From: Malacoraja senta
Lineage: Eukaryota
DNA: 64,000 nucleotides
Reading direction: 5' to 3'
Assembly: GCA_038087875.1 (NCBI GenBank)
Contig: CM075994.1
Span: 3,164,001-3,228,000 of the forward strand
Below the pieces are notes generated by a model. The model saw only the letters and a list, made by a program, of their open reading frames with translations. It was not told the origin of the DNA and made no database searches. The position numbers and the translations under genes were made by a program. Below, piece after piece: positions 24,591-36,628 of this stretch. How positions within the stretch are numbered: position 1 is the stretch's first letter; each line of letters begins with the position of its first letter.

Positions 24591-26036
24591 TATCTAAACC
24601 ACACGAATCTAACTAAATGAAATTTACATCGGTATAATTGTGCATTGTTATCTAGCGTTCTGCGATGTAAATGTCATTTATCCTCATGTTTGCACCACCC
24701 ATCAAATATTTCGTAGATGTTATAGATAATCTGCATTATTTTTAAAATATATTATTAAAAGAAACACGGATCTGCAGTTATTGCCCCCTTTGCTGAATCA
24801 AAACGAAATATAACCACCGTGGTCATCTTCGGCTACAATTATAGCCATTAAATGGAATGTCAGGGGAGGGAGAAAATTCGGAATCTGTGTTGCAACATAC
24901 GGGAAACAGATCGAAATGTCACGATGTTTAAAATGTTACTTCATCTCTTTCACTTTATTATTATCATAGCTGACTATTTACATTTACTAATATTGGCCGT
25001 TCATAATTTTCCTTCAAAATCGCACATGGAAAAGAATCTGGTAAGTGCATTATCGCTTTAAGACGGTTATTATATATTTTTTCTCCATGCATCGAAACGA
25101 CGTGTACTTTTGCATTGCTCCACGAGTCCAACAACTACCGATTTTGTATTTAGCATATTTTCCTGTTCCTGTACATTTCATGCGGGGGCTAAATTTTTTT
25201 TTTCATAGTGCACTAGCATAAAATAAAAACAATAAAATGCCTGGAAAGTTCTAAAGATCAAGAGCAATTCCCTTCGTTTAAACAAGTAAAACAGATTCGA
25301 AAGCGTTAAATTCAACATTTCGCAAATTAAGTTTTCCATGTTGTCACTACTTCAGTCTATTTGCAATTCTGGCATCGATATTTGTATGTAGCCACAATTC
25401 CCGTGTGTTCGTTCTACAAAGAACCGAAAAGATATTCATCAATTCCCCAATGCACAGAACATCAAGTTCGCACATTTATATATAAAAAAAACAGGCGGCC
25501 GTTAAAATATATTAAGAATTCCTCTAAAATCCATTTTCGCCCAGTCCTCCATTGTCCTGTCCAGCATTAGACCAAGACGGCGAAAGACATGAATGGCGTA
25601 CATTAATTATCTAACAATTTAACGCTGTGCTCTGTTCTGCGCAAATATTTAATCATTCTGTGAATTAAAGAACATCAATAGAAATAAACCATTAAAAGAC
25701 AAAATAAAAAACAATCGATGTCTTGAAAACTGAAAAGAAAAAAATAAACTACGTATGTTATATGCGTGTCAAACAGCATCGCGGAACTCTCTTTTCCCAG
25801 TGACTACTTTGCACATTTAGATTAACACCACAGATTCAATAGAGTACTTAGTTTTCCTCAGGATAAATTGTTTATGGCAGCTCTCGCCCATTAAGCCAGA
25901 ACAATAATCATAGAAATTACTGAAAATTACTTGATACACTTAACGTAATTTTACGCAGATGTTATTTTAAAGTATCTTTCTCTGCAAGTCAAAGTTATTT
26001 CACTTCACAGAAATTGACTTTAATATCACTTTGCAG

Positions 26037-26067
26037 AAAACGAGAAACTGGAAGAAAGCTGTGCGCG
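26037..26067 (+). CDS. Candidate short exon, 31 nt, phase uncertain (ENEKLEESCA or KTRNWKKAVR)
   Basis: cactttgcag acceptor; G/gtaggt donor; purine-rich; not symmetric. Confidence 0.4.
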
Positions 26068-28170
26068 GTAGGTCAACTGCATTGAGTTTCGCCATTGGAC
26101 AACTTGAGATCCTTGTGACAATACCGATCTGTGAACAAAGTATTTCTTCCTTATTGTTGATGGAGACATGAGGAAGCTATATTATAGATTAAACTGATAG
26201 CCGTTCATATTCAAATTAGTGACAAGTTTTACTTCCATGACTGATTGGAAACGGCTGCAAAATGACTCGGGCAAACTATGAAACTATTGCGATTTTTTTT
26301 TTCCGATTGCAATACTTCATCACTTTTCGAAAGGGAAGGATCAACGGATACTGTATATAATGGTTATCTCGGCTGCCATGCCTCCCGTACATAATTAGAA
26401 GGTATTTGCTCCCCATCTCCCCGTGACCGGTTGCCCTCAATGCTACTGTACTTTGTTAAGCCACCAAATGGCTCAATTGAGCTCACAACCTTAATTATTT
26501 CGTTTTAGAACGATCTATGAGGAGTTGTGATGTTCTCTACCTTTGAACACAACTTACCTGACTCTCCCGGTAGACCCATTGTCTCTGCCTGTTCGTGCCC
26601 CACCGAACTCATCTCCACCTACCTCGACTCCATCCTATCCCCCTTGGTTAAATCCCTCCCTACCTATGTTCAAGACACCTCAGACACTCTCCGTCGTCTC
26701 CGCGCATTCCACTCTCTAGGCCCTCACCCCCTCATCTTCACCATGGACGTCCAGTCATTGTACACCTCCATCCCCCACCAGGATGGTCTCCAAGCCCTCC
26801 GTTTTTTCCTCGACCGTAGAAGCAACCTATACCCGGCCACTGACACCCTCCTCCGCCTAGCGGAGCTGGTCCTTACACTTAATACCTTTTCATTTGACTC
26901 CTCCCATTTCCTCCAAATACAAGGCGTAGCTATGGGCACACGCATGGGCCCCAGCTACGCCTGCCTCTTTGTCGGGTACGTAGAACAATCCTTGTTCAAT
27001 GCGTACCAGGGCCCCATCCCCGACCTCTACCTCCGCTACATCGTTGATTGTTTTGGTGCCACATCCTGCACGCACACACAACTGACTGATTTCATCCGCT
27101 TCACCACCAACTTCCATCCGGCACTCAAATACACCTAGACCATTTCCGACACTTCCCTACCATTCCTTGACCTCACTATCTCCATCGAAGATGATAGACT
27201 CCTTACCGACATCCACTACAACCCCACCGACTCCCATGGCTATCTGGACTACACTTCTTCCCACCCTGCTTCCTGTAAGGACTCCATCCCCCACACCCAA
27301 TTTCCTCCGTCTACGCCGCCTCTGCTCCCAGGATAAGGCGTTCCACACCAGGGCATCTGAAATGTCCTCATTCTTCAGGGAACGGGGGTTCCCCTCCTCC
27401 ACCATAGATGAGGATCGCACCCAGGGTCTCTGCCATACCCCGCAACACTGCTCTCTCTCCCCATCCCCCCACTCACAACAAGGGCAGAGTCCCCTAGTCC
27501 TCACCTTTCACCCCACCAGCCGTCACATACAAGTGATCCTCCGTCAGTTTCGCCACCTCCAACGTGACCCCACCACTCGCCACATCTTCCCATCTCCCCC
27601 CATGCCTGCCTTCCGCAAAGACCGCTCCCTCCGTAACTCCCTTGTCAATTCTTCCCTTCCATCCCATACCACCCCCTCCCCTGGTACTTTCCCTTGCAAC
27701 CGCAACAGATGCAACACTTGTCCCTTCACCTCCCCCCTCGACCATTCAAGGACCCAAGCAGTCGTTCCAGGTGCGACAGAGGTTCACTAGATGCCAGCTG
27801 ATCTACATCGGTGAGACCAAGCGGAGGGTTGGCGGTCGTTTCGCCGAACACCTCCGGTCGGTCCGCAATAACCAACCTGACCTCCCGGTGGCTCAGCACT
27901 TCAACTCCCCCTCCCATTCCGTATCTGACCTCTCTGTCCTAGGTCTCCTCCATGGCCACAGCGAGCAACACCGTAAATTGGAGGGAATGCACCTCATATT
28001 CCGCTTGGGCAGTCTACATCCTGGGGGCTTGAACATTGAATTCTCCCAATTCTGCTAGCCCTTTCTGTCCCCTCCCCATCATCAGCCCTCTGGTTGTCTC
28101 CTCCCCTCCCCCAGCCCTCGGGCTCCTCCTCCGCCTTTTTCCTTTTTTTCCTTTCTTCTCCCCCACCCCC

Positions 28171-28212
28171 TATCAGTCTGAAGAAGGGTTTCGGCCGAAA
28201 ACGTTGCCTATT
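28171..28212 (+). ncRNA. Minimal type-I hammerhead ribozyme-like motif in Penelope pLTR (copy A)
   Basis: CTGAAGA-agggtttcggcc-GAAAacgtt. Confidence 0.6.
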
Positions 28213-29081
28213 TCCTTCGCTCCATAGATGCTGCTGCACCCGCTGAGTTTCTCCAGCATTTTGTGTACCTTCGATTTTCCAGCATCTGCAGTTCCTTCTT
28301 TAACACTTTTGTCTACTCCACTGCGAAATCTCGTCAAGGTATGCCTACTTTGAAGAAGTTCTCCTCCTCTCTCCGGAGACTGTTCCACAACCAACTCTCT
28401 AACTGCCTCATCTCTGTGATCCCCCCTGCCCTCCAACTCTACGACCACATCCTTACCCAAACTCGATACCATAGCCACACCTGCTTCCTCGGGGTATGCC
28501 TGCGCCTCCATCTCATACCTCATGGCTTCCAGCTCCAGTTCCCTCCCTCCCAGTTCGGACCCCAGCCGGACTATCGGTACCGACTGGCTATCTACCGGCA
28601 TACCCAACAATTCTCCACCCGGGCACTGAGATCCACTCTGACTGCGATGCGCCGGCACCAGCAGGACCTCGCATTCACCCTCCCGGAACTTCGGGCATCA
28701 CTCACCCAGACCTGCAACGGTCCTCAACTATATTTTATCCGCCGGAAGATCCACCTCTTCAATAAAAGATTCCTGGCCCACCTCAACTCCACCAAGGACC
28801 TTAAATTAGCCCACCTCCAGGCCGCTCCGCCGCCGACTCTCCGCGACTCGACCGCCCGCAGGCTCCGCGCCCCAACTCCGGCTGCATCGCCTGCCCGAGT
28901 CTCGCGACGCCATCTTGGCCACGAGGAGCGCCTCCAGTGCTCACAAGGACGCCGCCTTCACCGACCTCCACGTCGATGCTGCCGCCGACCTTCACCTGCC
29001 TACCGATGACGCCCAGCCTCGCCGCTTCTACGGTAACTCGGACTTCCTCCCCCTCGCCGATTCCTCCGAATCTCGCCGCCA

Positions 29082-29250
29082 CCCGGGACCTCCCAACATC
29101 ATAGCCGCACCGGGCCCATCCGACATCGCCGTCGCACTGGGCCCACCGAACATCACAGCCGCACCCGGTCCTCCTAACATCGCCGCCGGACCGGGCCCAT
29201 CCAGCATCGCCGCCGGACCGGGCCTACTCTACACGGCCGCCGGACCGGGG
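29082..29250 (+). repeat. 27-bp coding minisatellite (PGPxxIxAx) x6 in the Penelope N-terminal region; duplicated at ~33121-33289
   Basis: PGPPNIIAA PGPSDIAVA LGPPNITAA PGPPNIAAG PGPSSIAAG PGLLYTAAG. Confidence 0.85.
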
Positions 29251-30366
29251 CTCCCCGAACATGGCCGCCGCACCGCACCCTACTCACCCCCGTCGCCTCA
29301 CCTGGCTGGTCGAACCGCGCCGCCCCACCGACCATCCGCCTACCGGGACCTCGCAAGCATCGCCCGTGGACCCCGACTCTACTGCCGACGGACCCCGACC
29401 ATCGGGTCCGCCGACCCTCGCCACTGCAACGCCCCCCAGCCCCGCCGACCCCGACTCTACCACCCGCGGACTCCCACTATCGGGTCCCGCCGGCCCACAC
29501 CCTCCAGCCCCCCCGACCCCCTCCAGCCCCCCCCGCCCTCCAGCCCTGCAACGCCTTCCAGCCCCCCCCGACCCCCGACTCCACTGCCCGAGGACTCCTA
29601 TCGTCGGATCCGCCGACCCTCGCCACTGCACCGCCCTCCAGCAGCCCGCAGCCGACGCCCCACCTGCGAACTGGACTCTGCACTGGGCTTGAAGCCTCCA
29701 CGCTGCTCACTCCCACTCTCCTGGGTTTGACTCCACTGTGTCCTAGCGCTAGTCTGCCTAGGCCTGGTTACCTCAGTGGCAGTTCCACTGATTCTTCCCC
29801 ATCCCTCTCCAACTATGGGACCACTTCTCTTCCACACCCACACTACAGCCCTCTCACCCCCCCACCCCCTGAACACCTACCACCCCCCCACCACACATCG
29901 CTTCGTCCCCATTCCACCCACCTGCGGTCCTCCGGCCACAACCCCCATCCCTGCCGGGTGTTCACAATCCCCTCCGACCTCCCCCTCTCCGACATCGAAC
30001 GGTCTGTCCTCAGCAGAGGTCTTACCTTTGTCCCCCTCCGTCCCCACCTCAATGAGTTCCGTGCCCTCCATGACTTGGAACGCTTCTACCGTCGCCTCCG
30101 CCTCACAGCTCACTTCCATGAGAAGGAGTCCTCGCTCCCCACTGATGACCCCTTTTCCCGTCTCCAACGCACCCCCTCCTCAAGGAACCCCCTCGTAGCC
30201 TTCCGGCTTTAGAACTCTTCATTCAAAACTGCCGCCGTGACATCGACCGCCTCATCTTATCCACTCCCCTGTCTCACTCCAATCTCTCCCCACTGAACGC
30301 ACTGCCATTGACTCACTCCGCTACAACCTAGATTGGGTTATCAAACCCGCCGACAAGGGAGGTGCC

Positions 30367-32095
30367 GTGGTAGTCTGGCGCGTCGATCTCTACAAAGCTG
30401 AGGCCACGCGCCAACTCTCGGACACCTCCTCCTACATAACCCTGGACCATGACCCCACTGACGAGCACCAGGCCACCATCTCCAGCACCATCACCGACTT
30501 CATCCACTCCCACGCCCTGCCCGACCGAGCCTCCAACCTCATCGTTCCCCAGCCCCGCACAGCCCGCTTTTACCTTCTCCCCAAAATCCACAAACCTGAC
30601 TGTCCCGGTAGACCCATTGTCTCTGCCTGTTCGTGCCCCACCGAACTCATCTCCACCTACCTCGACTCCATCCTATCCCCCTTGGTTAAATCCCTCCCTA
30701 CCTATGTTCAAGACACCTCAGACACTCTCCGTCGTCTCCGCGCATTCCACTCTCTAGGCCCTCACCCCCTCATCTTCACCATGGACCGCCAGTCATTGTA
30801 CACCTCCATCCCCCACCAGGATGGTCTCGAAGCCCTCCGTTTTTTCCTCGAGCGTAGAAGCAACCTATACCCCGCCACTGACACCCTCCTCCGCCTAGCG
30901 GAGCTGGTCCTTACACTTAATAACTTTTCATTTGACTCCTCCCATTTCCTCCAAATACAAGGCGTAGCTATGGGCACACGCATGGGCCCCAGCTACGCCT
31001 GCCTGTTTGTCGGGTACGTAGAACAATCCTTGTTCAATGCGTACCAGGGCCCCATGCCCGACCTCTACCTCCGCTACATCGATGATTGTTTTGGTGCCAC
31101 ATCCTGCACCCACACACAACTGACTGACTTCATCCGCTTCACCACCAACTTCCATCCGGCACTCAAATACACCTGGACCATTTCCGACACTTCTCTACCA
31201 TTCCTTGACCTCACTATCTCCATCGAAGATGATAGACTCCTTACCGACATCCACTACAACCCCACCGACTCCCATGGCTATCTGGACTACACTTCTTCCC
31301 ACCCTGCTTCCTGTAAGGACTCCATCCCCCACACCCAATTCCTCCGTCTACGCCGCCTCTGCTCCCAGGATAAGGCGTTCCACACCAGGGCATCTGAAAT
31401 GTCCTCATTCTTCAGGGAACGGGGGTTCCCCTCCTCCACCATAGATGAGGATCGCACCAGGGTCTCTGCCATACCCCGCAACACTGCTCTCTCTCCCCAC
31501 CCCCCCACTCACAACAAGGGCAGAGTCCCCCTAGTCCTCACCTTTCACCCCACCAGCCGTCACATACAAGTGATCCTCCGTCAGTTTCGCCACCTCCAAC
31601 GTGACCCCACCACTCGCCACATCTTCCCATCTCCCCCCATGCCTGCCTTCCGCAAAGACCGCTCCCTCCGTAACTCCCTTGTCAATTCTTCCCTTCCATC
31701 CCATACCACCCCCTCCCCTGGTACTTTCCCTTGCAACCGCAACAGATGCAACACTTGTCCCTTCACCTCCCCCCTCGACCATTCAAGGACCCAAGCAGTC
31801 GTTCCAGGTGCGACAGAGGTTCACTAGATGCCAGCTGATCTACATCGGTGAGACCAAGCGGAGGGTTGGCGGTCGTTTCGCCGAACACCTCCGGTCGGTC
31901 CGCAATAACCAACCTGACCTCCCGGTGGCTCAGCACTTCAACTCCCCCTCCCATTCCGTATCTGACCTCTCTGTCCTAGGTCTCCTCCATGGCCACAGCG
32001 AGCAACACCGTAAATTGGAGGGAATGCACCTCATATTCCGCTTGGGCAGTCTACATCCTGGGGGCTTGAACATTGAATTCTCCCAATTCTGCTAG
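30367..32095 (+). pseudogene. Penelope RT plus GIY-YIG of copy B, frameshifted and partly deleted in the linker/endonuclease
   Basis: 486-aa RT ORF; frameshift near 31780; the CISSNLIYCIRCS segment is deleted. Confidence 0.9.
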
Positions 32096-32206
32096 CCCTT
32101 TCTGTCCCCTCCCCATCATCAGCCCTCTGGTTGTCTCCTCCCCTCCCCCAGCCCTCGGGCTCCTCCTCCGCCTTTTTCCTTTTTTTCCTTTCTTCTCCCC
32201 ACCCCC

Positions 32207-32248
32207 TATCAGTCTGAAGAAGGGTTTCGGCCCGAAACGTTGCCTATT
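32207..32248 (+). ncRNA. Minimal type-I hammerhead ribozyme-like motif (copy B)
   Basis: CTGAAGA-a-GGG-tttcgg-CCC-GAAA-cg-tt; palindromic AACGTT helix III. Confidence 0.65.
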
Positions 32249-32376
32249 TCCTTCGCTCCATAGATGCTGCTGCACCCGCTGAGTTTCTCCAGCATTTTTG
32301 TGTATCTTCGATTTTCCAGCATCTGCAGTTCCTTCTTTAACACTTTGTCTACTCCACTGCGAAATCTCGTCAAGGT

Positions 32377-33684
32377 ATGCCTACTTTGAAGAAGTTCTCC
32401 TCCTCTCTCCGGAGACTGTTCCACAACCAACTCTCTAACTGCCTCATCTCTGTGATCCCCCCTGCCCTCCAACTCTACGACCACATCCTTACCCAAACTC
32501 GATACCATAGCCACACCTGCTTCCTCGGGGTATGCCTGCGCCTCCATCTCATACCTCATGGCTTCCAGCTCCAGTTCCCTCCCTCCCAGTTCGGACCCCA
32601 GCCGGACTATCGGTACCGACTGGCTATCTACCGGCATACCCAACAATTCTCCACCCGGGCACTGAGATCCACTCTGACTGCGATGCGCCGGCACCAGCAG
32701 GACCTCGCATTGACCCTCCCGGAACTTCGGGCCTCACTCACCCAGACCTGCAACGGTCCTCAACTATATTTTATCCGCCGGAAGATCCACCTCTTCAATA
32801 AAAGATTCCTGGCCCACCTCAACTCCACCAAGGACGTTAAATTAGCCCACCTCCAGGCCGCTCCCGCCGCCGACTCTCCGCGACTCGACCGCCCGCAGGC
32901 TCCGCGCCCCAACTCCGGCCTGCATCGCCTGCCCGAGTCTCGCGACGCCATCTTGGCCACGAGGAGCGCCTCCAGTGCTCACAAGCACGCCGCCTTCACC
33001 GACCTCCACGTCGATGCTGCCGCCGACCTTCACCTGCCTACCGATGACGCCCAGCCTCGCCGCTTCTACGGTAACTCGGACTTCCTCCCCCTCGCCGATT
33101 CCTCCGAATCTCGCCGCCACCCGGGACCTCCCAACATCATAGCCGCACCGGGCCCATCCGACATCGCCGTCGCACTGGGCCCACCGAACATCACAGCCGC
33201 ACCCGGTCCTCCTAACATCGCCGCCGGACCGGGCCCATCCAGCATCGCCGCCGGACCGGGCCTACTCTACACGGCCGCCGGACCGGGGCTCCCCGAACAT
33301 GGCCGCCGCACCGCACCCTACTCACCCCGTCGCCTCACCTGGCTGGTCGAACCGCGCCGCCCCATCGACCATCCGCCTACCGGGACCTCGCAAGCATCGC
33401 CCGTGGACCCCGACTCTACTGCCGACGGACCCCGACCATCGGGTCCGCCGACCCTCGCCACTGCAACGCCCCCCAGCCCCGCCGACCCCGACTCTACCAC
33501 CCGCGGACTCCCACTATCGGGTCCGCCGGCCCACACCACTGCAACGCCCTCCAGCCCCCCCGACCCCCGACTCCACTGCCCGAGGACTCCTATCGTCGGA
33601 TCCGCCGACCCTCGCCACTGCACCGCCCTCCAGCAGCCCGCAGCCGACGCCCCACCTGCAAACTGGACTCTGCACTGGGCTTGA
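32377..33684 (+). CDS. Penelope N-terminal region (basic helical domain plus Pro/Ala-rich linker), copy C; runs out of frame relative to the RT
   Basis: MPTLKK...RYHSHTCFLGVCLRLHLIPHGF; duplicated at 28341; lies between the pLTR and the RT. Confidence 0.7.
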   Translation: MPTLKKFSSSLRRLFHNQLSNCLISVIPPALQLYDHILTQTRYHSHTCFLGVCLRLHLIPHGFQLQFPPSQFGPQPDYRYRLAIYRHTQQFSTRALRSTLTAMRRHQQDLALTLPELRASLTQTCNGPQLYFIRRKIHLFNKRFLAHLNSTKDVKLAHLQAAPAADSPRLDRPQAPRPNSGLHRLPESRDAILATRSASSAHKHAAFTDLHVDAAADLHLPTDDAQPRRFYGNSDFLPLADSSESRRHPGPPNIIAAPGPSDIAVALGPPNITAAPGPPNIAAGPGPSSIAAGPGLLYTAAGPGLPEHGRRTAPYSPRRLTWLVEPRRPIDHPPTGTSQASPVDPDSTADGPRPSGPPTLATATPPSPADPDSTTRGLPLSGPPAHTTATPSSPPDPRLHCPRTPIVGSADPRHCTALQQPAADAPPANWTLHWA

Positions 33685-34358
33685 AGCCTCCACGCTGCTC
33701 ACTCCCACTCTCCTGGGTTTGACTCCACTGTGTCCTAGCGCTAGTCTGCCTAGGCCTGGTTACCTCAGTGGCAGTTCCACTGATTCTTCCCCATCCCTCT
33801 CCAACTATGGGACCACTTATCTTCCACACCCACACTACAGCCCTCTCACCCCCCCACCCCCTGAACACCTACCACCCCCCCACCACACATCGCTTCGTCC
33901 CCATTCCACCCACCTGCGGTCCTCCGGCCCCAACCCCCATCCCTGCCGGGTGTTCACAATCCCCTCCGACCTCCCCCTCTCCGACATCGAACGGTCTGTC
34001 CTCAGCAGAGGTCTTACCTTTGTCCCCCTCCGTCCCCACCTCAATGAGTTCCGTGCCCTCCATGACTTGGAACGCTTCTACCGTCGCCTCCGCCTCACAG
34101 CTCACTTCCATGAGAAGGAGTCCTCGCTCCCCACTGATGACCCCTTTTCCCGTCTCCAACGCACCCCCTCCTCAAGGAACCCCCTCGTAGCCTTCCGGCT
34201 TTAGAACTCTTCATTCAAAACTGCCGCCGTGACATCGACCGCCTCATCTTCTCCACTCCCCTGTCTCACTCCAATCTCTCCCCACTGAACGCACTGCCAT
34301 TGACTCACTCCGCTACAACCTAGATTGGGTTATCAAACCCGCCGACAAGGGAGGTGCC

Positions 34359-36131
34359 GTGGTAGTCTGGCGCGTCGATCTCTACAAAGCTGAGGCCACG
34401 CGCCAACTCTCGGACACCTCCTCCTACATAACCCTGGACCATGACCCCACTGACGAGCACCAGGCCACCATCTCCAGCACCATCACCGACTTCATCCACT
34501 CCCACGCCCTGCCCGACCGAGCCTCCAACCTCATCGTTCCCCAGCCCCGCACAGCCCGCTTTTACCTTCTCCCCAAAATCCACAAACCTGACTGTCCCGG
34601 TAGACCCATTGTCTCTGCCTGTTCGTGCCCCACCGAACTCATCTCCACCTACCTCGACTCCATCCTATCCCCCTTGGTTAAATCCCTCCCTACCTATGTT
34701 CAAGACACCTCAGACACTCTCCGTCGTCTCCGCGCATTCCACTCTCTAGGCCCTCACCCCCTCATCTTCACCATGGACCGCCAGTCATTGTACACCTCCA
34801 TCCCCCACCAGGATGGTCTCGAAGCCCTCCGTTTTTTCCTCGAGCGTAGAAGCAACCTATACCCCGCCACTGACACCCTCCTCCGCCTAGCGGAGCTGGT
34901 CCTTACACTTAATAACTTTTCATTTGACTCCTCCCATTTCCTCCAAATACAAGGCGTAGCTATGGGCACACGCATGGGCCCCAGCTACGCCTGCCTGTTT
35001 GTCGGGTACGTAGAACAATCCTTGTTCAATGCGTACCAGGGCCCCATGCCCGACCTCTACCTCCGCTACATCGATGATTGTTTTGGTGCCACATCCTGCA
35101 CCCACACACAACTGACTGACTTCATCCGCTTCACCACCAACTTCCATCCGGCACTCAAATACACCTGGACCATTTCCGACACTTCTCTACCATTCCTTGA
35201 CCTCACTATCTCCATCGAAGGTGATAGACTCCTTACCGACATCCACTACAAATCCACCGACTCCCATGGCTATCTGGACTACACTTCTTCCCACCCTGAT
35301 TCCTGTAAGGACCCCATCCCCCACTCCCAATTCCTCCGTCTACGCCGCATCTGCTCCCAGGATGAGGCGTTCCACACCAGGGCATCTGAAATGTCCTCAT
35401 TCTTCAGGGAACGGGGGTTCTCCTCCTCCACCATAGATGAGGCTCGCACCAGGGTCTCTGCCATACCCCGCAACACTGCTCTCTCTCCCCATCCCACCAC
35501 TCACAACAAGGGCAGAGTCCCCCTAGTCCTCACCTTTCACCCCACCAGCCGTGACATACGACAAGTGATCCTCCGTCAGTTTCGCCACCTCCAACGTGAC
35601 CCCACCACTCGCCACATCTTCCCATCTCCCCCCATGTCTGCCTTCCGCAAAGACCGCTCCCTCCGTAACTCCCTTGTCAATTCTTCCCTTCCCTCCCTTA
35701 CCACCCCCTCCCCTGGTACTTTCCCTTGCAACCGCAAGAGATGCAACACTTGTCCCTTCACCTCCCCCCTCGACTCCATTCAAGGACCCAAGCAGTCTTT
35801 CCAGGTGCGACAGAGGTTCACCTGCATCTCCTCCAACCTCATCTATTGCATCCGCTGCTCTAGATGCCAGCTGATCTACATCGGTGAGACCAAGCGGAGG
35901 CTTGGCGATCGTTTCGCCGAACACCTCCGGTCGGTCCGCAATAACCAACCTGACCTCCCGGTGGCTCAGCACTTCAACTCCCCCTCCCATTCCGTATCTG
36001 ACCTCTCTGTCCTGGGTCTCCTCCATGGCCACAGCGAGCAACACCGTAAATTGGAGGAAATGCACCTCATATTCCGCTTGGGCAGTCTACATCCTGGGGG
36101 CTTGAACATTGAATTCTCCCAATTCTGCTAG
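34359..36131 (+). CDS. Penelope RT plus GIY-YIG endonuclease, copy C (590 aa uninterrupted)
   Basis: RT motifs with YIDD; FPCNRKRCNTCP; NLIYCIRCSRCQLIYIGETKR..RF.EH; GGLN. Confidence 0.95.
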   Translation: MVVWRVDLYKAEATRQLSDTSSYITLDHDPTDEHQATISSTITDFIHSHALPDRASNLIVPQPRTARFYLLPKIHKPDCPGRPIVSACSCPTELISTYLDSILSPLVKSLPTYVQDTSDTLRRLRAFHSLGPHPLIFTMDRQSLYTSIPHQDGLEALRFFLERRSNLYPATDTLLRLAELVLTLNNFSFDSSHFLQIQGVAMGTRMGPSYACLFVGYVEQSLFNAYQGPMPDLYLRYIDDCFGATSCTHTQLTDFIRFTTNFHPALKYTWTISDTSLPFLDLTISIEGDRLLTDIHYKSTDSHGYLDYTSSHPDSCKDPIPHSQFLRLRRICSQDEAFHTRASEMSSFFRERGFSSSTIDEARTRVSAIPRNTALSPHPTTHNKGRVPLVLTFHPTSRDIRQVILRQFRHLQRDPTTRHIFPSPPMSAFRKDRSLRNSLVNSSLPSLTTPSPGTFPCNRKRCNTCPFTSPLDSIQGPKQSFQVRQRFTCISSNLIYCIRCSRCQLIYIGETKRRLGDRFAEHLRSVRNNQPDLPVAQHFNSPSHSVSDLSVLGLLHGHSEQHRKLEEMHLIFRLGSLHPGGLNIEFSQFC

Positions 36132-36240
36132 CCCATGCTGTCCCCTCCCCTTCATCAGCCCTCTGGTTGTCTCCTCCCCTCCCCCAGCCCTCGGGCTCCT
36201 CCTCCGCCTTTTTCCTTTTTTCCTTTCTTCTCCCCACCCC

Positions 36241-36282
36241 TATCAGTCTGAAGAAGGGTTTCGGCTCGAAACGTTGCCTATT
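36241..36282 (+). ncRNA. Minimal type-I hammerhead ribozyme-like motif (copy C)
   Basis: CTGAAGA-agggtttcggctc-GAAAcgtt. Confidence 0.6.
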
Positions 36283-36521
36283 TCCTTCGCTCCATGGATG
36301 CTGCTGCACCCGCTGAGTTTCTCCAGCATTTTTGTGTACAAACGATTAGATATAATTGAAATATTATTAGAAGGGAACAGTACAGCGCAGGAACAATGAA
36401 TTCGGCAAACGTCATGTGTGCCGAACATGATGCCAAGTTATACCAATGACTACTGCTTGAACGCGATGCCGCACATATTGATGAACCAGTCAACAAGCAT
36501 TTGCTGCACATGCTGGTTTAA

Positions 36522-36628
36522 AACGAAGATAGACAACTACATGCTGGAGGGACTCGTCGGGAAAGACACGTATCTCTAGAGAGAAGGAATGCGTGACGTT
36601 TCGGGTCGAGCCCATTCCTCCGTCTGAA
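36522..36628 (-). repeat. Degenerate pLTR/hammerhead-derived short repeat
   Basis: atgctggagggactc...gtgacgtttcgggtcgagcccattc. Confidence 0.65.

Larger units (their letters stand above)
26556..36339 (+). mobile_element. Tandem array of Penelope-like elements (Neptune-type): 5'-truncated copy A (~26556-28305) and two ~4-kb copies, B (~28306-32343) and C (~32344-36339)
   Basis: Direct repeats with ~4.0-kb period; PADKGG, YLLPKIHK, PGRPIVS, QGVAMG, RYIDD RT motifs; C-x4-C-x2-C linker; C-terminal GIY-YIG; pLTR between units. Confidence 0.97.

Noticed and set aside
30180..30300. Selenocysteine or programmed recoding in the Penelope ORF
   Set aside because: The breaks are explained by single-base losses in C-runs. 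No in-frame TGA at Cys positions was seen, and the endonuclease is C-terminal, unlike the Naiad clade.
28173..34583. Numerous antisense and alternate-frame ORFs over the Penelope array
   Set aside because: By-products of GC-rich transposon coding sequence, repeated with each unit
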